From Parcubacteria group bacterium Gr01-1014_13 (GTDB lineage: Bacteria; Patescibacteriota; Patescibacteriia; Magasanikbacterales; GWA2-37-8): 64,000 nucleotides of DNA. A program made the translations under genes and the position numbers. Below are positions 37,665 through 46,739 of this stretch, piece after piece (position 1 is the stretch's first letter; each line of letters opens with the position of its first letter). Under the pieces are notes generated by a model that was given only the letters and a program-made list of their open reading frames with translations, had not been told where the DNA came from and did no database searches. Location of the stretch: contig VMGB01000001.1 of NCBI GenBank assembly GCA_007376295.1, forward strand, positions 349,969 to 413,968. Direction: 5' to 3'.

Positions 37665-39878
37665 TTAAATTTTTTCTAATAAAAATACAGTATATTTATA
37701 GGTGTAGCTAGGACGGTTAAGAATTTTTTCTTTCACTTTTTTAAAAGTTGGATCAAGTGGCACGCTATCAAATCGTTTGATAACCTTATACCCTTCCGGC
37801 ACACCGGCTTCGGTATCAATTGTTTCTTCCGCACCCTCGGAGCCTGTCGAAAAAAACCAAATTTGCGCATGCGCAGGCAAGTCTACAGAACTCGGGTTAT
37901 TAAAATTAATTGGAATGGTGTTGCTAAAATATTTTTCTTTATAAAAATCATAAACCCCGCCAATTGCGTTGGGCGTAATAGCTAAATATTGGCCCGGCCG
38001 GGAATGATCGCGAACATACTGATACTGTTCAAAGGTTCGGAAATAACTGGGATTGAGATAATTTTTTGCCTGATAAAAGTTACAAAGACCACACACGGCT
38101 ACTATCCCCCACAACAAAAACAAAACGAATTGAATTTTATAGCGTAATTTACTTAAACATAACACGAATACCATAATCCATAACGGATAAGCCACAAAAC
38201 CAAATTTCGGATAAACTATAAAATTATAGCGGGGATCGGCTATATTCATAAAAAAAGTGTTCAGTAAAACCATCGACGCCGCTAGAAAAACAACAAATAA
38301 TTGTCCGGCTGTCCACATTTTTTTTCTAAACCCATAAACAAATCCTGCTATAACTGCGATTAAAACAGTGATACCGACTACAAAGACATAGTTCCAAGGG
38401 AAAATATTTTCCCCAAAGAAAAAACTGTAAATATGAAAAAATACCGCAAAAACAATGTGTTTCCATGAATTTGCCAGCAGATTAATATTGCTCCAACCGC
38501 CATCGCCTTGAATAACTATTCGGTGATATATCATCCATACTAACGGGCTCAACAAAATAGCTGCAACCAACTGACCGAAAAACCATTTTACAAATGGTAT
38601 TATCGGCCGGCGTCTAATTAAACCATACAAATAAACTAGGTTGGTAAAAAAGGCAACATAAAAAAAATGCGGATAGTCGGTATAACCAACCAAAACTAAC
38701 GCGGCTAAGTACCAATACCAGACATGTTTGCGGTATCCCTCAAACAGAAGCCGGTAAAAAAAATAAAATGTCAGCAAAGAAAAAAAGGCTGCTAAACTAT
38801 GATAGCGGGCCATTTGCGAAATCAAGACAAAGTATGACGAAAAAGCGGTAAAAAAAGCGGCTAGCAAAGCTACTTTTTTATTACCTACTACTAAATGAGT
38901 AAATTTATAAACCAAACAAACAATCCCCAATCCGGCTAAAATAGAAACCAGTCTGATTGTTAATTCTGTCCAAGGAAAAATCTTACTCGCTATAAGCACC
39001 AAAAAATAATAAAGCGGAGGATGATTATCTGGATGATTCCAATAGGAAACTATAAAACCGCCAACACTGTTTTTTAAATAATCTAAGACCGCCGTCTCAT
39101 CGCCCCAAAAAGTGCGATAAGCAACGCGGTATAACAATAAAAAAACCGATAAAGCCAATATGCCGACTAAATATTTATGCTTGCATGCCCAATGCCAAAA
39201 TTTATAAAAGCTATAAAAAATAATTTGTTTTAAAAATAGCCAGTACTCTTTTTTGTCCAATTTTGAAGTGCTAAATTTTCTAATTCTAAATTGAAAAGGC
39301 ACTTCTTTAACTCGCGCCTGTTTGCCCTTAATTAAAATTTCCAAAAGAATTTTATAACCCACGGTACTAAGCGGGACTCCGGTAATTACTTCCCGTTTCA
39401 AGAAAAAAAACCCGCTCAGCGGATCTTTAACGCCAGTTAAAAATCTGGTTGCCATCACTCCGGCTTCGGAAATAAGTTTACGCCACCACTTCCACTGTTC
39501 AACACTACTTCCCTTTTCAAATCTGCTACCTAAAACAATGTCGTGATCTTTTAGCAAACCGACCATTTCGTTTATATTTTTTGGGTCATGACTTAAATCT
39601 GCATCCATTACTCCTAGTAGCGGCCTGTCGGAATGGTTAAAACCTTCACGTACAGCGCTGCCTAATCCCAGCTTACCAGATCTATGTACCACTTTGATAG
39701 GAAATTGCTTGCTTAACTCTTCCGCTACCTGACCAGTTCCATCCGGCGAATTATCATCTACAACAATAAGTTCGGCATCAATTTCTGTCTTATTAATAAC
39801 GCTAAAAACTTCTTCCACTAAAAGTGGTAAATTTTTTGCTTCATTATAAGTTGGAATAATAATTGAAACCTTTAGCAT
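37665..39878 (-). CDS. fusion protein: polyprenol-phosphate sugar synthase-like GT2 (DPM1/GtrB/ArnC-like) + PMT/ArnT-like GT-C glycosyltransferase
   Basis: The N-terminal ~230 aa is a GT-A (IIIPTYNEAKNL, VVDDNSPDGT, DADLSHDP). It is followed by >10 TM helices carrying a DE motif (FWGDETAV) and an HPPL-like motif (NHPPLYYFL) in the first extracytoplasmic loop, as in PMT/ArnT GT-C enzymes. Confidence 0.65.
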   Translation of the reverse strand: MLKVSIIIPTYNEAKNLPLLVEEVFSVINKTEIDAELIVVDDNSPDGTGQVAEELSKQFPIKVVHRSGKLGLGSAVREGFNHSDRPLLGVMDADLSHDPKNINEMVGLLKDHDIVLGSRFEKGSSVEQWKWWRKLISEAGVMATRFLTGVKDPLSGFFFLKREVITGVPLSTVGYKILLEILIKGKQARVKEVPFQFRIRKFSTSKLDKKEYWLFLKQIIFYSFYKFWHWACKHKYLVGILALSVFLLLYRVAYRTFWGDETAVLDYLKNSVGGFIVSYWNHPDNHPPLYYFLVLIASKIFPWTELTIRLVSILAGLGIVCLVYKFTHLVVGNKKVALLAAFFTAFSSYFVLISQMARYHSLAAFFSLLTFYFFYRLLFEGYRKHVWYWYLAALVLVGYTDYPHFFYVAFFTNLVYLYGLIRRRPIIPFVKWFFGQLVAAILLSPLVWMIYHRIVIQGDGGWSNINLLANSWKHIVFAVFFHIYSFFFGENIFPWNYVFVVGITVLIAVIAGFVYGFRKKMWTAGQLFVVFLAASMVLLNTFFMNIADPRYNFIVYPKFGFVAYPLWIMVFVLCLSKLRYKIQFVLFLLWGIVAVCGLCNFYQAKNYLNPSYFRTFEQYQYVRDHSRPGQYLAITPNAIGGVYDFYKEKYFSNTIPINFNNPSSVDLPAHAQIWFFSTGSEGAEETIDTEAGVPEGYKVIKRFDSVPLDPTFKKVKEKILNRPSYTYKYTVFLLEKI

Positions 39879-41041
39879 AATGATCTGTAAATATCGGTTA
39901 CTTGATGAACATACTCTTCCACAGCAAATTTTTTAGTCTCTTTTTGACAGCCAGCCTTTAAGTGGCTATATACAACTTGGTCATCTAAACTAGCTAAAGC
40001 ATTGGCTAGCGCAATTGGATGAGCTGGCGGCACAATTAAACCAGCCTCCCCGACTACTTCCGGAATTGCGCCGCAATAGGTGGAAACAATGGGCACTTGC
40101 GCGCAAATAGCTTCGCCCAAAACATAGCCAAATTGTTCTTGCCAAGTTGGTCGAGGAATACTTCCTAAGATAAGACATTTTGCCCCTTTATAAAACGCTA
40201 ACATTTCGTCATATGGTAATTGACTGTGGAAAATAACCTTATCGGTTAAGCCCCAATCCTTCACAATTCTAACCATGTTCTGGAGTTCAGGACCCTTACC
40301 AACTATTACCAATAATTTTTTGCTTGAATCTAATAATTTGGAAAGGTATATCCTCCAACCATACAAAACATCGTAAACCCCTTTTTCTTTTACCAAACGA
40401 TTTACCATTAAATATACTTCTTTTCCGGCTAATTGAGGCGGAAAAATAGTTTTATCAATTACGGGAGCGGGTACGATTCCAGGAATAACAACCTGAATTT
40501 TTTTCTCTGGAACACCATAATCCAATAATAACCCCGCAGCATCATGGGAAACTGGCAAGAACTTATCAACTTCTTCTTTGTTGTAATCCATTATTTTTTT
40601 AAGTTGACGACGCCAATAAAGAGGTGGCATTTTAAAACCTGGCCAATAATTATATTCAAATCTGCCAAAACTGTTTTCCCAAACTGTAACGACTGTCTTT
40701 AATTTTTTATTTATTTTTTTAGCCATCACCGCCTGATACGTAAAGTAGTTATACAATTCACTAGTATGAACGATATCAAAACCTTCCAACTTTTTTTCCA
40801 AACCAAAAAACCTTTTATACTGACCGAAAAAATATTTATAAAAATTTTTAGACAAAAAATTATCGCTGCTGGTATGCATTTTTATCATTGGAAACGGCAA
40901 AGGCGATTGAACATAAACATTTTTACGCGCCGCAAAAACTGTTTGGACTATATCTTCGGGAAAATATTTCCAAGTCTTAGTTTCGTGATCTCCCAAACCA
41001 TCTCCGCGAATCTGAGCTACGGTAATTTTTTTCTGAGACAT
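39872..41041 (-). CDS. family-4 (GT-B) glycosyltransferase
   Basis: EQFGYVLGEAICAQVPIV EX7E motif. Confidence 0.75.
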   Translation of the reverse strand: MSQKKITVAQIRGDGLGDHETKTWKYFPEDIVQTVFAARKNVYVQSPLPFPMIKMHTSSDNFLSKNFYKYFFGQYKRFFGLEKKLEGFDIVHTSELYNYFTYQAVMAKKINKKLKTVVTVWENSFGRFEYNYWPGFKMPPLYWRRQLKKIMDYNKEEVDKFLPVSHDAAGLLLDYGVPEKKIQVVIPGIVPAPVIDKTIFPPQLAGKEVYLMVNRLVKEKGVYDVLYGWRIYLSKLLDSSKKLLVIVGKGPELQNMVRIVKDWGLTDKVIFHSQLPYDEMLAFYKGAKCLILGSIPRPTWQEQFGYVLGEAICAQVPIVSTYCGAIPEVVGEAGLIVPPAHPIALANALASLDDQVVYSHLKAGCQKETKKFAVEEYVHQVTDIYRSLC

Positions 41042-41045
41042 AAAA

Positions 41046-42245
41046 TTATTTCATTTCGTATTTAAAATACAACACATCGCCTGTGGTGCTAAACTGATCC
41101 CTATTTTTCCAAAAATAGTTCCATGTACAAGGAATGTTATTTTTACACAGATTCATGATTGTAAAAAGAGTGGCGTAACGAAGGGTGCTTTGGATAATAT
41201 AAGGAGTGATCATAGCTAGAACTACCATACCAATAGCGAGATGCTTAAACCAACGTCCTTTAATATAAATGTTATATATACCATAAGCAGCTATTGGCGC
41301 AAACAGCCAGGCGGAAATAAATACCGTCCTGGCTATAAACATTGGCCAGCTATAATATGATAGACTTGATAGTATAACTGCTAACAAATAAATTTTTATA
41401 TTCTTATCCAAATTCCGCCAATTTCTTATTAAGAAATATAAACCAATTGCAATAAATAGCCACAAAATATTATAGGTACTGGCATGAACACCAAACCATC
41501 TAAGCAAAGTAAAATTTTCCGCGACGTATGCCTTCCAATTTTCTGTAAACCAATATGCTGAACTGTAATTAACATCCTGCCCTCTGAAAAAATTGACAAT
41601 AATTGTCGCAAACGGAAAAATAGAAAATCTAATAAAGTTAAACACTCTTTCTTTCCAAGAAACTTTATCGAGTAAAAATAAAATACCGACAAATAATGCG
41701 CCCATACTGCCACTTTCCTTTGTCAAAAGCCCAAACGCAACGGCCATACCGCCTAAATAAAGCCATGACTTATTCTTATCTTCCCACCATCTCCAACCAG
41801 CATAAAGGGTCAGCACAAACCAAAAGTATCCGCCCATATCCTGAACTTGAGTAAGCGCATAACGCACCATTGCATATCCGGTCATGACAGTAATAGCGGA
41901 AACAAAACCGATAAAATTATTTTTAAAAACTCGCCTAATTAATCCGTATGTTAAAAGTACCAGGCCATAATAAAAAACTATATTGGTCGTAATCAAACTT
42001 TGCTCCGGCGACATAAAAAATAGCAACTTTGCGCTTACTACCGCATAAAAAGGATTCAGGTACCTGGCGGGGAAAAAGGAAACATCGTATCCTCTAAAAA
42101 ATTTGATCAAATCTATAAAGCCCGATGTGTCGTTATTGGGATGAAAACCATATAAAAAACTAAAAACAACCAAATTAAGCGTGGCCAAAAAAGCTAGTGA
42201 AAAAATGATTTTGTGTTTTTTTATTTTTTCAAATAAAGCCACCAT
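41046..42245 (-). CDS. polytopic membrane protein, possible GT-C-fold glycosyltransferase
   Basis: 399 aa, ~11 TM helices, aromatic-rich. Adjacent to a GtrB-like GT2. No clear DE motif. Confidence 0.4.
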   Translation of the reverse strand: MVALFEKIKKHKIIFSLAFLATLNLVVFSFLYGFHPNNDTSGFIDLIKFFRGYDVSFFPARYLNPFYAVVSAKLLFFMSPEQSLITTNIVFYYGLVLLTYGLIRRVFKNNFIGFVSAITVMTGYAMVRYALTQVQDMGGYFWFVLTLYAGWRWWEDKNKSWLYLGGMAVAFGLLTKESGSMGALFVGILFLLDKVSWKERVFNFIRFSIFPFATIIVNFFRGQDVNYSSAYWFTENWKAYVAENFTLLRWFGVHASTYNILWLFIAIGLYFLIRNWRNLDKNIKIYLLAVILSSLSYYSWPMFIARTVFISAWLFAPIAAYGIYNIYIKGRWFKHLAIGMVVLAMITPYIIQSTLRYATLFTIMNLCKNNIPCTWNYFWKNRDQFSTTGDVLYFKYEMK

Positions 42246-42260
42246 ACTTTTTATATAAAT

Positions 42261-42971
42261 TTAAAATGATTTAAAACGCCATTTTAAAATTGTCCACAAA
42301 ACAACTAGTCCATCCCGATAACGAATCTTTTTTCCTTCCGCAAAAGTTCTCGGATTATAATGAATAGGAACTTCTGCTATTTTTAACCCCTTTCTAAAAA
42401 GTTTGCACAGTAATTCGACATCGTAGGCAAAACCATCGGCTTGAATTGGCAAATCGACCATATACTGTCGTGGAATTATTTTGTAGCAAGCAAAAAAATC
42501 CGTCCCCTGTCTATTATACAACAAATTAATACTGGCTATAATAAGTTTATTCCCCAAATATGTGAGCGGGTGCGGGTGAGACCAGCCTGTATGAATATTT
42601 TTTAATTCACTAAACCTAGCTCTGGATCCCAAACTAATATCGGCTATATTTTTTTGTATTGGCTCAATCAAGGCTTTTAGGTCCTGTGGGTCATATTCTA
42701 AATCAGCATCTTGAATAGTAATGTAATCTCCCGTAGCCTGCGCTATCCCCAGCTTTACTGATGCCCCCTTACCGCTGTTTTTTTCTTTAAAAACAACTTT
42801 GTAGGTATCGCCCAAACCTTTTAAAATCTCCCGGGTTCCATCGGTTGAACAGTCATCAACAATAATGATTTCTTTTTGGCAATCATTTAAAAAAACTTGA
42901 TCTACCCTTTTTAATATTTCAAGAATTGTATCTTTTTCATTGTAAGCAGGGATAATTATGGAAAGTTTCAT
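42261..42971 (-). CDS. polyprenol-phosphate sugar transferase-like GT2 (GtrB/DPM1-like)
   Basis: IIIPAYNEKDTI, IIVDDCSTDGT, DADLEYDP. Confidence 0.75.
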   Translation of the reverse strand: MKLSIIIPAYNEKDTILEILKRVDQVFLNDCQKEIIIVDDCSTDGTREILKGLGDTYKVVFKEKNSGKGASVKLGIAQATGDYITIQDADLEYDPQDLKALIEPIQKNIADISLGSRARFSELKNIHTGWSHPHPLTYLGNKLIIASINLLYNRQGTDFFACYKIIPRQYMVDLPIQADGFAYDVELLCKLFRKGLKIAEVPIHYNPRTFAEGKKIRYRDGLVVLWTILKWRFKSF

Positions 42972-43894
42972 AGCCGTTTACTTATTTCTTCCATCATCTT
43001 TGTAACCTTGCTTCCAAATTCGATACCGGTTAGCGGACGGCTATTTGTATTTATACACTCAATAAAATGTTCTAATTCATTTCTCAGCGGTTCACGCGCT
43101 GTTACTATAGGAACAACAGGCTGATCAATTACACCGGATAAAGGCAAGGTCGATTTATTTCCGTCCCGTACCGGATATGAATTTTTAATCCATTTTAATT
43201 TTACTTCTTCACGATCATTAAACAAAACCATTCCTTTGTCTCCCACTAGTGTTACTTTACGCACTTTTTCCGGCCAATACCAAGATGTGATTAGGTGGGC
43301 TGTCAGACCGCTTTGAAACTTTACTGTAACACCGGTAAAATCATCTTTGGCGGAAGAATTAAACGAACGACTTGCTCCCGAAATTTTTACAATCTTTCCC
43401 GGAGAAAATAAATACTCCACTACCGCCAGATCGTGTATGCCGGCATCCATGAAACTTCCGACATCAGCTCTTAAAAGTCCGCAATAAAGATTTTCTCCCA
43501 TTAAGTACTTAACTGTTCCCAGTTCGCTAATACGATTCTTTATATATCGAATCGAATCGTTATAAATATATTGAAAACCAACCATGAAAACTAAACTTTT
43601 ATTTTTCTTTAATTCTTTTTCTACTTTTTTGGCTTCGGCAACGCTAAGCACCATCGGTTTTTCAACCAAAACATGCTTACCGGCGCGAAGAGATTTAAGT
43701 ATTATTTCGCAATGAGTAGAGGGCGGGGTAGCAATGACAACACAATCAATTTCTTTGTTATTTATAATTTCATCCGTTTCTGCAGATGTATTAGAGGTTT
43801 TGACTAACTTTACACCAGGAATTTCCGGCAACAAACGAACATAGTGTTTTCCAAAATGCCCCAATCCGATTATCCCAAATTGCAGAATTTTCAT
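42968..43894 (-). CDS. Gfo/Idh/MocA family NAD(P)-dependent oxidoreductase
   Basis: N-terminal Rossmann IIGLGHFG with EKP motif (VLVEKP) and a C-terminal alpha/beta domain. Confidence 0.7.
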   Translation of the reverse strand: MKILQFGIIGLGHFGKHYVRLLPEIPGVKLVKTSNTSAETDEIINNKEIDCVVIATPPSTHCEIILKSLRAGKHVLVEKPMVLSVAEAKKVEKELKKNKSLVFMVGFQYIYNDSIRYIKNRISELGTVKYLMGENLYCGLLRADVGSFMDAGIHDLAVVEYLFSPGKIVKISGASRSFNSSAKDDFTGVTVKFQSGLTAHLITSWYWPEKVRKVTLVGDKGMVLFNDREEVKLKWIKNSYPVRDGNKSTLPLSGVIDQPVVPIVTAREPLRNELEHFIECINTNSRPLTGIEFGSKVTKMMEEISKRL

Positions 43895-43909
43895 ACTGCA
43901 AAATTATAT

Positions 43910-46201
43910 TTATATTAAGATGTTTTTCATCCATTTATAGGAACGAGCTAATCCGTCTTGTAAACTGATCGATGGGTTATAGCCCACCATCGACTTGGCT
44001 TTGGACAAATCCGGACAGCGTCTGGAAGGTTCGTCTTGAGGGTAATTATCAGGATAATTAACTAAGTTTATTTCAACTTTTTTGTCTGGTACAACAGTTA
44101 CAAAAATTTCGGCTAGTGATTTCATATTAATTTCCGGACCATCGTTGCCAATATTAAACACTTCACCATTTTTGTCGGAAAGCAAAACTTTAAAGAAACC
44201 GATGATGGCGTCGGTAACATAACAAAATGTCCGTGTCTGATTTCCTTTATCGTGGACGGTTAGTGGCTTGCCTTCAATGGCCTGGCTTAAAAATGTTGGT
44301 ACGACTCTGTAGTCTTTAGCGCTCATCCCTGGACCATAGACATTAAAAGGACGGACAAATTTAACAGGAACTTGGTGTGTTTGGTAATAAGCCATGCACA
44401 AAGTTTCACCAAGACGCTTGGATTCATCATAGCAAGATCGTGGGCCGGTGGAAGAAACATTGCCCTTGTATGTCTCCGGAGTAGGAATAAACTTTGGATC
44501 CGGATCTCCGTAAATTTCACTGGAACTAAAATATAATACGCTGGTTACATTTTTCGCCAAAGCCAGCTTTAACATGTTATTTAAACCTAAAACTGTTCCT
44601 TCTATAGTTTCGATTGGGTATTTCTTGTAATAAACAGGTGAAGCAATGCCGGCGGCAGAAACAATATAATCAATCGGCATATCCAGAGAAATTGGCTCAC
44701 AGATGTTGTGCTGTTTAAACACAATATATTCGCTGTTCACTTCTTTGAGAAGATTGTTTTTCTTTCCGACAATATGATTGTCGAGCGAAAGTACTCGGCA
44801 AGGTGTTTTAAAATATTTTTTATTTAACAAGTCTATCGTCGCTGTTAGGTAGCTGCCGACAAATCCGGATCCGCCCGTAATCAAAACAGTTTTACCTTCG
44901 AGCGCACCCGCCACTTTCTCTATCCCTTTGGCAATAACATTTAAATCTTCTTCCACTACCCCACTAACAACTTGGGCAAATGGTACGGGGATAATAAAAT
45001 TCTCGAAATCAGAACATTTCTTAATAATAGAATCGGCAAAATTCCAAGCTAAAATTAGGATATAATCCGGAGGATTTTCTTTCAATTCAGTAGCGGCTTT
45101 TACCGGAATATGCGTACCCGGAGAATATAGCCCTTGTTTCCACACGCTATCATCAACAATATAATCCAAAGTTTCCGGTCCGATATTAAAGTAATTCAAC
45201 AAAGTACTGCCTTTTGCCGGAGCGCCATAACCAATAATTTTTTTGCCTTTAGATTTTAAGTCGCGCAAAAGTTCCAGCAAACGAGTTTTATTTTCACTAA
45301 TTTTGCCTTGAAAATTTAGAAAGGTTTCTATATCAGTCATCTTTCTTTCGTTTTCATGAGCGATAAATTTTTCTATGTTTGGCGATACAGTATGCTTCCC
45401 GCCTTTTCTCTGCACAAAGACACGCAGAGATCCACCGTGAGTATCTGTTTTTTCAACATCAAATACCTGCATTCCCAAACGATCAAATAAAGTACTGATT
45501 GTTTTTACAGTAAAATAAGAAAGGTGTTCATGATAAATAGTGTCAAATAAATTTTTCTCGATTAAATCCAATAAATAGTATGCTTCGATAACAAAAACAC
45601 CATCATCAGCCAATAAAGTTTTTACTCCTTCCACCACAGAATCCAAATCGTCTATGTGCGGAAAAACGCTGGTGGCTGTCATCAGAGATGCTTTGCCCTT
45701 TTCTTGCGCTATTTTACCAGCCACTTCCGGAGTAAAATATGCCGCCATTGTTTCTATACCATTTTCGGTTGCTCTCGCCGCAATATTTGCAGCCGGATCA
45801 ACGCCCATTATCTTTATACCCATTTCTTTATATGGACGCAGTAAAATTCCATCATTGCTGCCAATATCAACCACCAATGAATTGCTATCTAAAGCAAATC
45901 GCTGAGCCATTTCACTGGCAAAAGATTTGAAATGGGCCACAAAAACTGGTGAAGTGGATGAGCTATAGACATAATTACCAAAAAGAAGATCTGGAGATAC
46001 TACGTCTGTGAGCTGAACAAATGAACAGTCCTTACAAAAAGACAGCTCCAGCGGAAAGCTGGGCTCTGGTTTGTCTAGGTCTTCTGGTTTTAAGAAAGCA
46101 TTGGCCGGAGGCGTGCTTCCCAAACTTAATACTTTGGCTAAATTTGTTCCTTTACAGACCCTACAGTCATTTTTTGTTACACAGAGATCACCAAGAGACA
46201 T
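43910..46201 (-). CDS. fusion protein: TylCIII-like NDP-sugar C-methyltransferase + UXS/ArnA-like SDR (decarboxylase/4-ketoreductase family)
   Basis: N-terminal Cys4 zinc ribbon (CRVCKG...CKDCS), SAM motif VVDIGSNDGILL and a C-methyltransferase C-domain (residues ~1-430). The C-terminal ~320 aa carry TGGSGFVGS and the UXS-type CYDESKRLGETLC motif. Confidence 0.7.
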   Translation of the reverse strand: MSLGDLCVTKNDCRVCKGTNLAKVLSLGSTPPANAFLKPEDLDKPEPSFPLELSFCKDCSFVQLTDVVSPDLLFGNYVYSSSTSPVFVAHFKSFASEMAQRFALDSNSLVVDIGSNDGILLRPYKEMGIKIMGVDPAANIAARATENGIETMAAYFTPEVAGKIAQEKGKASLMTATSVFPHIDDLDSVVEGVKTLLADDGVFVIEAYYLLDLIEKNLFDTIYHEHLSYFTVKTISTLFDRLGMQVFDVEKTDTHGGSLRVFVQRKGGKHTVSPNIEKFIAHENERKMTDIETFLNFQGKISENKTRLLELLRDLKSKGKKIIGYGAPAKGSTLLNYFNIGPETLDYIVDDSVWKQGLYSPGTHIPVKAATELKENPPDYILILAWNFADSIIKKCSDFENFIIPVPFAQVVSGVVEEDLNVIAKGIEKVAGALEGKTVLITGGSGFVGSYLTATIDLLNKKYFKTPCRVLSLDNHIVGKKNNLLKEVNSEYIVFKQHNICEPISLDMPIDYIVSAAGIASPVYYKKYPIETIEGTVLGLNNMLKLALAKNVTSVLYFSSSEIYGDPDPKFIPTPETYKGNVSSTGPRSCYDESKRLGETLCMAYYQTHQVPVKFVRPFNVYGPGMSAKDYRVVPTFLSQAIEGKPLTVHDKGNQTRTFCYVTDAIIGFFKVLLSDKNGEVFNIGNDGPEINMKSLAEIFVTVVPDKKVEINLVNYPDNYPQDEPSRRCPDLSKAKSMVGYNPSISLQDGLARSYKWMKNILI

Positions 46202-46209
46202 ATTTTAAT

Positions 46210-46605
46210 TTATATAAGCTTCACACGAACAGTATCTTGTTCATAATCACCCTGACTTCTGGATTTTAAAGCAAAAACGAAACAAGTTGTATCTTCCAAA
46301 AACTTCATGGCATGAGCTACCATTGGTCGAGAAAAAACCATATCACCAGCTTTAACAATCTCTTTTTCCATCTTGGTTAAATCTGGGACACCATCAACTA
46401 GAGGTGCTTCATAATACTCCATGCTTCCGGTGAGTAAATAAACATGATGCCCGTCTTCTTTGTGGTAATGATTAGCGCGAATAGCACCCGGCTTAGAAGT
46501 CATCATTAGCATACTTTTAATAGTTGTCTGGCCATCATCGAGCAATTTGGTGATTCCACCTCTGTCATCAACAAATTCTGGAGCAATATTTCTTACGATT
46601 TGCAT
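46210..46605 (-). CDS. small cupin, WxcM/FdtA-like (NDP-4-keto-sugar 3,4-ketoisomerase family)
   Basis: 131 aa single cupin barrel with an HYHKEDGHH His cluster. Size and context fit the FdtA/WxcM N-domain family rather than RmlC. Confidence 0.5.
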   Translation of the reverse strand: MQIVRNIAPEFVDDRGGITKLLDDGQTTIKSMLMMTSKPGAIRANHYHKEDGHHVYLLTGSMEYYEAPLVDGVPDLTKMEKEIVKAGDMVFSRPMVAHAMKFLEDTTCFVFALKSRSQGDYEQDTVRVKLI

Positions 46606-46680
46606 ACTAAAAATGAGTTAATTTAATGAGATTAGTTGATAAAATTATATTATACCAGCCAAACAAAGTCAACTGGGATA

Positions 46681-46710
46681 TTGACTTTTTACCCAAAAAC
46701 AGCCTATAAT
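46681..46710 (+). promoter_or_regulatory. sigma70-type promoter (TTGACT-18-TATAAT) for the radical SAM gene
   Basis: TTGACTttttacccaaaaacagccTATAAT. SD AAGGAGT lies 7 nt before the ATG at 46740. Confidence 0.55.
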
Positions 46711-46739
46711 TCAGCCAGACTGATAACAAGGAGTATATA

